From NCBI GenBank assembly GCA_028817405.1, contig JAPPPS010000105.1, forward strand, positions 6,757-70,756: a stretch of DNA of 64,000 nucleotides. The letters are read 5' to 3'. The notes below the pieces were generated by a model. The model was not told where the DNA came from. It did not search any database and worked only from the letters and a program-made list of their open reading frames with translations. Origin of the DNA: Gammaproteobacteria bacterium (GTDB taxonomy: Bacteria; Pseudomonadota; Gammaproteobacteria; Arenicellales; Poriferihabitantaceae). Shown here in pieces: positions 1 through 8,914 of the stretch. The stretch's first letter is position 1, and every line of letters begins with the position of its first letter. Made by a program: the position numbers and the translations under genes.

Positions 1-33
1 TCGTCGAAGTCGGCCGGCGACAAACCGGTCTCG

Positions 34-846
34 TCATACATGTCCAGTAAATAAACATGCTGGATGATTTGTATTTGAATTTTCCGCGGCGATTCGGTAC
101 GCGTTTTTATCCAACCGTTCTTTGGCGAAAGCGTAGTACTCTTCGACAATCTCAAACCCCATGTACCGACGTTTGCGCATCTTGCTGACCACCGCCACCT
201 GGCCGGAGCCGAGGAACGGGTCGAGAACCAAGTCGCCTTCTTCGCTGGTATAAGCGAGAATCTTTTCCACCACCTCGGCCGGCAACTTGGTCGGCGTTTT
301 CTTGTCGCCGTGCCAGTATTCCCGTTTAATCGTCCATACATCTTCCATGTCACGGTAACGCAAACTGCCGCCGTTTTCCGCCTTCGCGCTTTTGTCGAAT
401 CGCGCGTTCGGGAAAAACTTGCGCTTGGCGTCGTCCTTGCATAAAAAAATGCAGTGGTAATGCGAGGTCACAAACCGGCGGCGGCAGGCGACGCCGAACT
501 GGTATTTCCAGACGATGTGGTTGACGGTGACAAATCCAATGTCATCCGCCGCAATCAAAATATCTTTCAGGTTGTTCCAGCCGGAAAAAACGAACACGCT
601 GCCGGTCGGTTTGACGACGCGGTACACTTCCCGCATCCACGCCTGCGTAAAGTCGGCGTATTGCGACGCGGGGATTTCGTTGTAGCCGTCCATCACCCGC
701 GACGCGGTTCGGTTGTAGTTGCTTCGCTGCGCTTTGAAGTCGATGGCGAAAGGCGGGTCGGTGATGACCAAGTCCACCGCGCCGTCGGGCAAACGCCGCA
801 TCCCCGCGACGCAGTCGGCGTTGTAAATTTTGTCGGTGAATTTCAT
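34..846 (-). CDS. DNA methyltransferase, beta-class N6-adenine/N4-cytosine (N6_N4_Mtase family)
   Basis: ORF 34..867. Motif IV 'VITDPPFAIDF' lies near the N-terminus and motif I 'LVLDPFLGSGQ' near the C-terminus. Start taken at MKFTDKIYNADC (846). Visibly less GC-rich than the adjacent der. Confidence 0.85.
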   Translation of the reverse strand: MKFTDKIYNADCVAGMRRLPDGAVDLVITDPPFAIDFKAQRSNYNRTASRVMDGYNEIPASQYADFTQAWMREVYRVVKPTGSVFVFSGWNNLKDILIAADDIGFVTVNHIVWKYQFGVACRRRFVTSHYHCIFLCKDDAKRKFFPNARFDKSAKAENGGSLRYRDMEDVWTIKREYWHGDKKTPTKLPAEVVEKILAYTSEEGDLVLDPFLGSGQVAVVSKMRKRRYMGFEIVEEYYAFAKERLDKNAYRIAAENSNTNHPACLFTGHV

Positions 847-876
847 CGCGCCAATCCCCGCGGCCATCCTACCACG

Positions 877-2385
877 CTACTTCTTCCCCCGGCCCGAGCG
901 TTTCTTGGCGCGGCGTGGCGGGGCGGGCGCGGGGGCGAACGGGTTGTCGGCGTTGCGGGGGATGATGCGCACCGGGGTGCCGGTGAGGCGGAAGGCGCGG
1001 GCGAAGTGACGCGCCAGGTATCGGCGGTAGCCGGCCGAGAGTTTGCCGGCGAGGTTGCCGTGCACCACGATGACCGGCGGGTTTTTGCCGGATTGATGCG
1101 CGAACTTGAGGCGCACCGGGCGGCGTTTGTGCATTGGCGGCGGCGCGCGCGTCACCGCTTCTTGCAATGCGCGGTTGACCGGCGCGGTGGGCAAGTCGGC
1201 GAATGCGCCGTCAAAAGCGCGCAGCGCGGCCGGCATGATGCGGCCGAGGTTGGAGCCGCGCAGCGCCGAGACGAACAAGATTTCCGGATCCGGCAAAAAC
1301 GGCAGTTTGCGCTCCAATTCGCTTTCGATTTTGCGCCGCTGCCGGGCTTCCAAGCGGTCCCACTTGTTCACCACCACCACCAGCGACCTCCCCAAGTCGC
1401 GGATGATGCCGGCGATGGCGGCGTCTTGAAACCCGATTTCGCAAGTCGCGTCTAACACTAACAGCGCGACATTCGCGGCCTCGACCGCCTGCAATGCTTT
1501 GATGACCGAGAATTTCTCGACCGTCTCGCCGGCGCGCACGCGCGATTTTTTGCGCACGCCCGCGGTGTCGATGAGGATGCAGCGCCGGCCGTCGAATTCC
1601 ACCGGCACGCGCACGCTGTCGCGGGTGGTGCCGGGCGTGGCGCTGACCAGCAAGCGCGGCGCGCGCAGCAGGCGGTTGGCGAGGGTGGATTTGCCGGCGT
1701 TCGGCCGCCCGGCCAGTACGATGACCGGCCGGCCGGCATCGGCATCGGCATCGCCATCGCCATCGGCGGCCGCGGCATCCGCGTCCGCGGCGAATTCCCC
1801 GTCGTCCATGCCGCAACGCGCCAGCGCGGCCGCGAGCATTTCCGCCACCCCATCGCCGCGTTTGGCTGAGATGGCGAACGGCGCGCCCAGGCCTAATTCC
1901 TGAAACTCGGCCGCAGCCAACTCGGCCTCCACGCCTTCGCTTTTGTTCACCACCACCAGCACCCGCGCGCCGCTCGCCCGCAACCGCGCGCCGATGTCGC
2001 GGTCCGGCGCGACCAAGCCGTCCGCGGCGTCGACCATGAACAGCGTCACCTGCGCTTCGTCGATGGCGACTTCCACCTGCTCGCGAATCAACGCCGCGAA
2101 GGGATTCACGGTATCGGCATCACCGGCGGCAAAACCGTCACCGTCGCGGCCGAGAACCCCGCCGTCGCGGCCGAGAACCCCGTCGTCGCCGCCGCGGATG
2201 TCCTCCAACCCCCCGGTATCCACCGCCAAAAATTTCCGGCCGCCGAGTTGCCCGCGGCCGTACAGCCGGTCGCGGGTCACGCCCGGCTGGTCGTCGACAA
2301 TCGCATCGCGCGAGGCGGTCAGGCGGTTGAACAGCGTCGACTTGCCGACATTCGGCCGACCGACCAGGGCGAGCACCGGGAGCAT
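877..2385 (-). CDS. der: ribosome-associated GTPase Der (EngA), two tandem G domains
   Basis: Two P-loops, 'GRPNVGKSTLFNRL' and 'GRPNAGKSTLANRL', plus DTGG/DTAG and NKxD motifs and a KH-like C-terminus. Start set at MLPVLALVGRPNVGKS (ATG 2385); the ORF-track upstream extension is rejected. Confidence 0.95.
   Translation of the reverse strand: MLPVLALVGRPNVGKSTLFNRLTASRDAIVDDQPGVTRDRLYGRGQLGGRKFLAVDTGGLEDIRGGDDGVLGRDGGVLGRDGDGFAAGDADTVNPFAALIREQVEVAIDEAQVTLFMVDAADGLVAPDRDIGARLRASGARVLVVVNKSEGVEAELAAAEFQELGLGAPFAISAKRGDGVAEMLAAALARCGMDDGEFAADADAAAADGDGDADADAGRPVIVLAGRPNAGKSTLANRLLRAPRLLVSATPGTTRDSVRVPVEFDGRRCILIDTAGVRKKSRVRAGETVEKFSVIKALQAVEAANVALLVLDATCEIGFQDAAIAGIIRDLGRSLVVVVNKWDRLEARQRRKIESELERKLPFLPDPEILFVSALRGSNLGRIMPAALRAFDGAFADLPTAPVNRALQEAVTRAPPPMHKRRPVRLKFAHQSGKNPPVIVVHGNLAGKLSAGYRRYLARHFARAFRLTGTPVRIIPRNADNPFAPAPAPPRRAKKRSGRGKK
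2141..2182. repeat. perfect 21-bp tandem duplication inside der (encodes GVLGRDG x2)
   Basis: The unit ccgtcgcggccgagaaccccg occurs at 2141-2161 and again at 2162-2182. Confidence 0.9.
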
Positions 2386-2497
2386 TGGATGAGACGGTTC
2401 AACGGCCGCGGATGCAAAAACGGTAGCGGCGACAACAGCGATGACGGTGACGGCAAACCCGGCGACGGTGGCGGCGCAATAATGCAAACCGCGACGG

Positions 2498-3742
2498 TCA
2501 CTCGGCCGCGTGCAACGCCCACACGCTGAGGCGGCCGCCGGCCGAGAACACCGCGAACTGGCCCGGCCCCGCGGCCAGCGCCACCACCGCGCCGCCGCCC
2601 AAGTTGCGTTTTTCCAGCAGTTGGCCGTCGGCCGCGTCCAGCGCATACAGATTGCCGGCCGCGTCGCCGACCACCACCCGCGCGCCCCCGCCGACCACCA
2701 ACGGGCGGCTCATGCCGTGGCCGCGAAACCCCTCCTGCGTCCACAACACCTCGCCGCTGCCGGCGTCCAGCGCCACCACCGCGCCGAGGTCGGCGGTGAC
2801 CAACAGCCGCCCGCCGCCCAACGCCATCGGCAGCCGCGACGACACTTCGGCCTTCCACTGCAGCGCCGCATCCTGCAGGCGCAGCGCCGCGACATGGCCC
2901 TGGTAAGTGGCGATAAACAGCGTCGCGGCCGAGACCAGCGGCGCGCTGTCGGTGTCGGTCAGGCGCTCCAACTCGTTGCGCCCGCTGGCGAACGACACTT
3001 CGGTCTCCCAATACTCGCGCCCGGTGACCACGCTGTTGGCGACCAATTTGCCGCTTGCCAGGCCGGTGAAAACCGCGTCGCCGCTAATCAGCGGCGGGGA
3101 ATCGCCGTGGATGCTGAGCGCCGGCATGTCGCGCTCAAACGACCACACCGACTCGCCGGTGGCGGCGTCCAAGCCGGCCACCAAGCCGTCCGCGGTGCGC
3201 GCCACCACGCGCGAGATGCCGACCGCGGGAATGGCGGAAATCTGGCGGCCGAGCGGCGCCGCCCACAAGGTTTCGCCGCTCGCCGCGTCCAAGGCGATGA
3301 CGCGGCCGTCGTCCAGCGCCACCGCGACCACGCCGCCTTCGTCAACCGCGACCGCGCCGGCCATGGCGATGCCGACCCCGGAGAACACCGCCGCGCCCAA
3401 CTCCGATTCCAAGTCGCGCCGCCATTGGATTGCGCCGTCGGCCGGCGCGAGTTTGAACACGCTGCTGCGGCTGGCGACGTAGAGCGCGCCGCCGGCACCG
3501 TCGCGAACAACGCCACCGTCGCCGCCACCCCCATCACTGTAGGCCGGTTGCAGCAGCGCGTAACCGTCCTCGGGGCCGTCGCCCAAGTCGCGCCGCCACA
3601 GCATTTTCAACTCCGACAGGCCCGCGGCCCGCGGCAATTCCTGCGGCGCGACCGGCTCCTGGTAGGTGTCCCAGCGCGCCGCGCGCTCGCCGGCCTGGCA
3701 ACCCGCGAGTAGCAACCCGGCGACCGCCAACCACCGCTTCAC
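2498..3742 (-). CDS. bamB: outer-membrane assembly lipoprotein BamB (PQQ-like beta-propeller)
   Basis: Lipobox 'LLLAGC' in the signal peptide, repeated beta-propeller blades, and the conserved position between yfgM and der. Confidence 0.9.
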   Translation of the reverse strand: MKRWLAVAGLLLAGCQAGERAARWDTYQEPVAPQELPRAAGLSELKMLWRRDLGDGPEDGYALLQPAYSDGGGGDGGVVRDGAGGALYVASRSSVFKLAPADGAIQWRRDLESELGAAVFSGVGIAMAGAVAVDEGGVVAVALDDGRVIALDAASGETLWAAPLGRQISAIPAVGISRVVARTADGLVAGLDAATGESVWSFERDMPALSIHGDSPPLISGDAVFTGLASGKLVANSVVTGREYWETEVSFASGRNELERLTDTDSAPLVSAATLFIATYQGHVAALRLQDAALQWKAEVSSRLPMALGGGRLLVTADLGAVVALDAGSGEVLWTQEGFRGHGMSRPLVVGGGARVVVGDAAGNLYALDAADGQLLEKRNLGGGAVVALAAGPGQFAVFSAGGRLSVWALHAAE

Positions 3743-3743
3743 T

Positions 3744-4655
3744 TCAGCCGCCCAAGTTGTCTAATTTCAATTTGAGCAGAAAATGCCCGATGGAGTCGGC
3801 GGACAACGCGTCGAGGCCGCGCCGGTAGGCGTCGCGGGCCGCGTCGCTGTCGCCGCTTTGCAGGTGCGCGTCGCCGCGCAGTTCGTCGTAGCGCGCGGTG
3901 AATCCGGTGGTGGCGTCAACCGGCCGGCGCAGCAGTTCGATGGCGCGCTCGGCTTCATTTTGCGCCAACAACACCGACGCCAACCGCAGGCGCGCGATGT
4001 GGCGCAGCACCGCATCGTCGCCGCCGGTGTGGTCGAGAATCCACTGCAACGACTGCGCGGCCGGCGCCAACTCGCCGCGCTCCACCGACAACTTGGCTAA
4101 CGCGAAAGCGGCGTGCACCGCGTACGGCGTGGCCGCGTAGTCGGCCATTAATTCTTCCGCGGTGTCGCGGATGGCGGCGGCGGTTTCGGATTCTTCCGGT
4201 TCGGTGGATTCGTCGGTTTCGACGGTTTCGGTGGATTCGTCCGCGGTTTCGGCCGCGGTTTCTTCGGCACCGTCAGATTCGGCGGTTTCGGTTTCATCGA
4301 CGGTGGAATCGTCGCCCGCGGTTTCCTCGTCTTCGCCGGCATCGTCCTCAGCGTTTTCTTCCGCTTCTTTGGCGGCCGCGGCCGCCTCCGCTTCGGCCTC
4401 GGCCGTCGCCACTTCGGTGGCGTGGGTGGCCAGCAACTCGTGCATGGTCTCGAACAAATCGGACGCGGACTCGGCGCGAGTTTGCTCACGGTGCTGCCAG
4501 TAGTTGAAGCCGACCACGGCCGACAGGCCGATGACCGCGCCGGCCACAATCGCGCGGCCGTAGTCGCGCCACCATTCGCGCGCGCGCTCCATATCCGAGT
4601 CGGCGACTCGGGTTTTGACTCGAGGTTCGGGTTGGGGTTGGTTTGGTTCTGCCAT
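3744..4655 (-). CDS. YfgM-like membrane-anchored TPR protein (UPF0070) with a long acidic insert
   Basis: N-terminal 'EWWRDYGRAIVAGAVIGLSAVVGFNYWQ' anchor typical of YfgM, with TPR-like helices at the C-terminus. Sits at the hisS-bamB synteny position. An E/T/A/D-rich tract of about 90 aa lies in the middle. Confidence 0.8.
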   Translation of the reverse strand: MAEPNQPQPEPRVKTRVADSDMERAREWWRDYGRAIVAGAVIGLSAVVGFNYWQHREQTRAESASDLFETMHELLATHATEVATAEAEAEAAAAAKEAEENAEDDAGEDEETAGDDSTVDETETAESDGAEETAAETADESTETVETDESTEPEESETAAAIRDTAEELMADYAATPYAVHAAFALAKLSVERGELAPAAQSLQWILDHTGGDDAVLRHIARLRLASVLLAQNEAERAIELLRRPVDATTGFTARYDELRGDAHLQSGDSDAARDAYRRGLDALSADSIGHFLLKLKLDNLGG

Positions 4656-4682
4656 TTTTCGATTGGGTTGATGGGGAAAAAA

Positions 4683-5984
4683 TTAAATGTGTTTGCGGCA
4701 CCACGCCGCCAACGCGTCGATGCCGATGCGCTGCTCGTCGCCTTGGCCGCGCAACGGTTTCGCTTGCACGGTCGCGCCGGTCGATTCGCCACCGTCGCCC
4801 GGCAAACCGGTGATGACCGCGACGCGCGCGCCGCTCTGCGCCGCGCGGCGCAACTGCTTGGCGAGTTTGCCGCCGCCGCAGTGCATGGCGACAGTCAAAC
4901 CGTCGCGCCGCAGCAACTCCGACACGGTGACGGCTTCCGCGGCCGCGTCCGCCGCATCGGCCGCATCCGCCGAATCGGCCGCGCATGCGACATAAATCTG
5001 CACCGCGCCATCCGCGGCATCGCCCGGCTGCACCAGTTCCACCAGCCGCTCCAAGCCGAGCGCGAAACCCACGGCCGGGCTGGGCCGGCCGCCGCGATTC
5101 TCGACCAATCGGTCGTATCGGCCGCCGGCGCACACCGCGTTTTGCGCGCCGAGTTGGTCGCCGGCGACCCACTCAAACACCGTGGCGGTGTAGTAGTCCA
5201 AGCCGCGCACCAACCGCGGATTGACCGCGTATTCTACACCGGCGCGGCGCAGCGAATCGCATAAACCGTCGAAATGCGCCGCGGCCGCGGCGTCGAAGAA
5301 ATCGCGGATGTCCGGCGCGCCGGCGATGACTTCCCGCGTCGCCGCGACTTTGCTGTCGAGAATCCGCAGCGGATTGGTGTCCAGCCGCCGCGCGCTGTCA
5401 GCATCCAACGCGTCGCGATGCGCGGCGAAATAATCGCGCAGCGCATCGCGGTACGCGTCGGCCACGGATGGCGAGCCGAGGGTGTTGATTTGCAACTCCA
5501 CATCGGCGATGCCCAAGCGCCGCCAAATCGCGGCGCTCAAGCGAATCACTTCCGCGTCGATGTCCGGGCCGGCCCAGCCGAAAGCCTCGACGCCGAACTG
5601 GTGGAACTGACGGTACCGCCCTTTTTGCGGGCGTTCACGGCGGAACATGGGGCCCAAATACCACAGGCGCTGCTGCTGGTTGTGCAGCAGGCCGTGCTGG
5701 TTGCAGGCGCGCACGGTGCTGGCGGTGGCCTCCGGGCGCAGCGCCAAGTCCTCGCCGCCGCCGTCGATGAAGGTGTACATTTCCTTCTGCACGATGTCGC
5801 TGGACGCGCCGATGGAATGCGTGAACAGCGCGGTTTTTTCCACCACCGGGGTGCGGATTTCTTGGTAGCCGTACGCCCACGCGGTGTCGCGCAGCGCGGC
5901 CTCGACCCGATGCCACACGCCGATGCCGGCCGGCAGCAGGTCGTTCATGCCGCGCACCGATTGCAGTTTGGCGGCCGCGGTCAT
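4683..5984 (-). CDS. hisS: histidine--tRNA ligase
   Basis: 'LQSVRGMNDLLP' and class II motifs such as 'RLWYLGPMFRRERPQKGRYRQFHQ' and 'GGRYD'. The ATG at 5984 overlaps the rodZ stop by 1 nt; an alternative GTG lies at 5987. Confidence 0.95.
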   Translation of the reverse strand: MTAAAKLQSVRGMNDLLPAGIGVWHRVEAALRDTAWAYGYQEIRTPVVEKTALFTHSIGASSDIVQKEMYTFIDGGGEDLALRPEATASTVRACNQHGLLHNQQQRLWYLGPMFRRERPQKGRYRQFHQFGVEAFGWAGPDIDAEVIRLSAAIWRRLGIADVELQINTLGSPSVADAYRDALRDYFAAHRDALDADSARRLDTNPLRILDSKVAATREVIAGAPDIRDFFDAAAAAHFDGLCDSLRRAGVEYAVNPRLVRGLDYYTATVFEWVAGDQLGAQNAVCAGGRYDRLVENRGGRPSPAVGFALGLERLVELVQPGDAADGAVQIYVACAADSADAADAADAAAEAVTVSELLRRDGLTVAMHCGGGKLAKQLRRAAQSGARVAVITGLPGDGGESTGATVQAKPLRGQGDEQRIGIDALAAWCRKHI

Positions 5985-6997
5985 CACGGCGCGCCGATGC
6001 TGAAACGCGCGAACAAGCCGTCGCGGCCGGCCGTGAACGCCACCGGCTGGCCGCGGTATTCCACGCTCACGCCCGCGGGATTGCCGATGAAAACCGAGAA
6101 CGGCAACGCGCCGCGCAAGGTCACGCGCGCGCCGCGGGCCACGCTGCGGTAAATCAACCGCCGGCCGTCGCCGTCGTGGACTTCAATCCACGATTCCTCG
6201 CGCACCGCGAGAATGATTTGCTCCGGTGGGGGGTTGGTGGGGATGGGGGTTGCCGCGGCCGCCGTGGTGTTGGTGGCCGCGGAATTATCGGCCGCGACGG
6301 CCGCGACGGTAATTTGCGCGGTGGATTGCGCGGCCGCGGCATTACCGGCCGAATTCGCCGGCGAATCCACCGCGGAATCCACCGCCGATTCCGCCGCCAA
6401 CGGCACCGTCGCCTCCGACTCCGGAAAATTCGGCTCCGGCAGCACCGTCGTATCGGCGACGCCGGGGCCCGCGCCGCCCGCGGCATCGAGCGCGCCGTTC
6501 CAGGCCGGCGCGGCCGGCGGCGACTCCTCCACCGCGCCGGGCCACTTCCGCCAATCCGCGCCCGGCGACAGCGACGGCAGCGCCAAAGAAAGCCCGTCGT
6601 CCGCGCCCTGCCAGACCCACAGCGCCGCCAAAAAAACCACCGCGGCCGCGCCGAACGCCAGCGCCCACCGCTGCCGCGCCTGCTCCAACACGCCGTGCGC
6701 CTGCCGCGACTCGGCGCGCAAGGCGATGCGCGCGCCGCGCGGCGGCAGGCCGGACTTGTGCGCGTCGATGGCGTGGTCGATGGAAACGCCGAGAAGATTG
6801 GCGTAGTTCCGCCAGTAGCCGAGGATGTAGGCGCGGCCCGGCAGGTTGGCGTAGTCGTCGGCTTCCAGCGCGCGCAACTGCCGCTCGGCGAGGCACAACG
6901 CCCACGCCACTTCGGCCCGCGACCAGCCGCTCAACTCGCGCTGTTCGCGCAGCAACTTGCCGGGCGTGGCCGACCGGGGCGGGCGTTTTTTTGCCAC
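5984..6997 (-). CDS. rodZ: cytoskeleton protein RodZ-like (XRE-type HTH, TM segment, DUF4115-like C-terminus)
   Basis: HTH 'LLREQRELSGWSRAEVAWALCL', a following 'YILGYWRNYANLLGV' segment, a TM segment, a low-complexity linker and a C-terminal beta domain 'ILAVREESWIEVHDGDGRRLIY'. GTG start at 6997. Lies at the rlmN-hisS synteny position. Confidence 0.8.
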   Translation of the reverse strand: MAKKRPPRSATPGKLLREQRELSGWSRAEVAWALCLAERQLRALEADDYANLPGRAYILGYWRNYANLLGVSIDHAIDAHKSGLPPRGARIALRAESRQAHGVLEQARQRWALAFGAAAVVFLAALWVWQGADDGLSLALPSLSPGADWRKWPGAVEESPPAAPAWNGALDAAGGAGPGVADTTVLPEPNFPESEATVPLAAESAVDSAVDSPANSAGNAAAAQSTAQITVAAVAADNSAATNTTAAAATPIPTNPPPEQIILAVREESWIEVHDGDGRRLIYRSVARGARVTLRGALPFSVFIGNPAGVSVEYRGQPVAFTAGRDGLFARFSIGAP

Positions 6998-7005
6998 CGG
7001 CGGAA

Positions 7006-8313
7006 TTAGCCGGCCGCGGCGGCCGCGGGCTCGGGCGCGGTTTCATCACGCGCGGCCGGCGACGGTGTCGACATTTTCGGCCGCGACGACGGCATTTCCG
7101 GCGACGGTGCCGGCACCGCCGGCGCCGACACCCAGCGTCGCGAACGCCGGGTGCGGTCGGTGAACTTCCCCGCCAATTGGCCGCAGGCCGCGTCGATGTC
7201 GTCGCCGCGGGTTTTGCGCGTTACCGTGAACAGATTGCGGCCAATGAGAATGTCGCGGAAGCGCTCGACCGCGGCCGGCGACGGGCGACGGTAGTCGATG
7301 TCCGGCGACGGGTTGAACGGAATCAGGTTGATTTTGGCCGGCATGTCGCCGAGTAATTTCGCCAGCGCGCGCGCCTGCGCCGAACTATCGTTGACCCCGG
7401 CTAACAGCACATATTCGAAAGTGATGCGGGTGCGCGGGCGCGCCGCCGCGTACCGGCGGCAGGCCGCGAGCAATTCGGCAATCGGATATTTTTTGTTGAG
7501 CGGCACCAGTTGCTCGCGCAGCGCGTCATCCGGCGCGTGCAACGACACCGCCAAACTGACCGGGCAGGCGGATGCCAAGCGGTCGATGGCCGGCACCAAC
7601 CCCGCGGTGCTGAGCGTGACCCGCCGCTTCGACAAACCGAACGCGCAGTCGTCCAGCATGAGGCGCAGCGCGGCCACCACGGCGTCGAAGTTCAACAGCG
7701 GCTCGCCCATGCCCATGAGGACGATGTTGGTGATGGCGGTTTTGGTTTTGGTTTCGCCGCGGCCGTGGTCACCGTCACCGTCGCCGGGGTCGCCGTCGAC
7801 ACCGTCACCATCGATGTCACGGTCACCGTGGTCGCCGTCGACACCGTCACCATCGATGTCACGGTCGCCCGCCAATTCCCCCGCGGCCACCCACACCTGG
7901 CCGATGATTTCGTCCACCGTCAGGTTGCGGTTGTAGCCGTGCCGGGCGGTGGCGCAGAAGGTGCAGTTCAAGCCGCAGCCGACCTGCGACGACACGCACA
8001 AAGTGCCGCGCCCGGCCTCGGGGATGAACACGGTCTCAACGGCGTTGCCGTCGGCCAGCCGCAGCAGCCATTTGCGCGTGCCGTCCGCGGCCCGCCGGCG
8101 CGCCGCGACCGCGGGGAATTCAATCGCCGCGTCGCGGTTCAGGCGCGCGCGCAGCGCCTTGCTTAAGTCGGTGAACGCGTCCGGCGCGGTGACCCGGCGC
8201 TGGTAAATCCACCGCAGCGCCTGGCCCGCGTGGAATCGCTTCTCGCCCATGCGCGCGAAGAAGTCCTCCAACGCCGCGCGGTCGAGGGCGGCCAAGTTGG
8301 CGGCGGGTTGCAT
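7006..8313 (-). CDS. rlmN: 23S rRNA/tRNA m2A radical-SAM methyltransferase RlmN
   Basis: '[13 protein letters not shown]', the radical SAM '[10 protein letters not shown]' motif, and 'MGMGEPLLN'. Start taken at [11 protein letters not shown] (ATG 8313). Contains a Gly/Asp-rich insert. Confidence 0.93.
   Translation of the reverse strand: MQPAANLAALDRAALEDFFARMGEKRFHAGQALRWIYQRRVTAPDAFTDLSKALRARLNRDAAIEFPAVAARRRAADGTRKWLLRLADGNAVETVFIPEAGRGTLCVSSQVGCGLNCTFCATARHGYNRNLTVDEIIGQVWVAAGELAGDRDIDGDGVDGDHGDRDIDGDGVDGDPGDGDGDHGRGETKTKTAITNIVLMGMGEPLLNFDAVVAALRLMLDDCAFGLSKRRVTLSTAGLVPAIDRLASACPVSLAVSLHAPDDALREQLVPLNKKYPIAELLAACRRYAAARPRTRITFEYVLLAGVNDSSAQARALAKLLGDMPAKINLIPFNPSPDIDYRRPSPAAVERFRDILIGRNLFTVTRKTRGDDIDAACGQLAGKFTDRTRRSRRWVSAPAVPAPSPEMPSSRPKMSTPSPAARDETAPEPAAAAAG
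7789..7872. repeat. 42-bp tandem duplication inside rlmN (encodes [14 protein letters not shown] x2) within a GTCACC-type tract
   Basis: Unit gtcgccgtcgacaccgtcaccatcgatgtcacggtcaccgtg at 7789-7830. It repeats from 7831 with divergence only at the end of the unit. Confidence 0.9.
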
Positions 8314-8359
8314 GGCGGCGGCGACGGTGGTGGCGGCGAAAACGCGGGCGGCGCGCCGG

Positions 8360-8794
8360 TTAACCTCGGGTGCGCGGGCAAATCTCGTGGTCAGCGAAGA
8401 AAAACGCGATTTCCACGGCCGCGGTCTCGGCCGCATCCGAACCATGCACCGCGTTTTGCTCGACATCCGTGGCGAAGTCGGCGCGAATCGTGCCGGCGGC
8501 CGCGGCCGCCGGGTCGGTCGCCCCCATCACCTCGCGGTTGCGCGCGATGGCGTCCTCGCCTTCCAGCACCTGCGCGACGATGGGGCCGGAGGTCATGAAT
8601 TCAACCAAGTCGGCGTAGAACGGCCGCTCGCGGTGCACCGCGTAAAACTGCTCGGCTTGCTCACGGCTCAGGCGCAGCATGCGCGCCGCGACGATGCGCA
8701 GGCCCGCGTCCTCGAAGCGACGGTAGATTTGGCCGATGACATTTTTCCCGACCGCGTCGGGCTTGATGAGGGACAGCGTGCGCTGGGTCGCCAT
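8360..8794 (-). CDS. ndk: nucleoside diphosphate kinase
   Basis: '[28 protein letters not shown]' and 'NAVHGSD'. ATG at 8794; the longer ORF-track start is rejected. Confidence 0.95.
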   Translation of the reverse strand: MATQRTLSLIKPDAVGKNVIGQIYRRFEDAGLRIVAARMLRLSREQAEQFYAVHRERPFYADLVEFMTSGPIVAQVLEGEDAIARNREVMGATDPAAAAAGTIRADFATDVEQNAVHGSDAAETAAVEIAFFFADHEICPRTRG

Positions 8795-8884
8795 GGTGGG
8801 CTCCGGGGATGCGTGGATGGCGGCGCGGCGGCCCGCGTTGCCGGGCGGCCCGCGCCCGTGGTGGCGGACGGAACAGGGGCGGCG

Positions 8885-8914
8885 ATTATAACCGTCAGGC
8901 GCGCTGCCGGGCAA
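8885..8914 (-). promoter_or_regulatory. candidate sigma70 promoter for ndk (-35 TTGCCC, 18-nt spacer, -10 TATAAT)
   Basis: A perfect TATAAT on the minus strand (plus-strand attata 8885-8890) lies immediately after the mtaB stop. A weak -35 sits at 8909-8914. A perfect -10 hexamer is conspicuous against this GC background. Confidence 0.35.

Noticed and set aside
2386-2646. N-terminal extensions in the ORF track for der. The same applies to ndk (to 8914), rlmN (to 8466), coaE (to 20710), aceE (to 33850), tctC (to 38947), pmbA (to 43025), infA (to 46911), glpK (to 50743), phnX (to 58156) and queG (to 59541).
   Set aside because: The conserved N-termini begin at internal ATG or GTG codons that match the family consensus. 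The extensions are low-complexity and often overlap neighbouring genes.
2510-3712. 400-aa ORF on the plus strand, antisense to bamB. Similar long antisense ORFs occur at 454..1455, 11583..12737, 16274..17389, 21456..22592, 32036..33940, 43262..44488, 51232..53088 and 55137..56360.
   Set aside because: All lie opposite well-supported conserved genes. Their products are Arg/Ala/Gly/Pro-rich and low in complexity, with no recognisable motifs. Long stop-free antisense frames are expected at about 70% GC.
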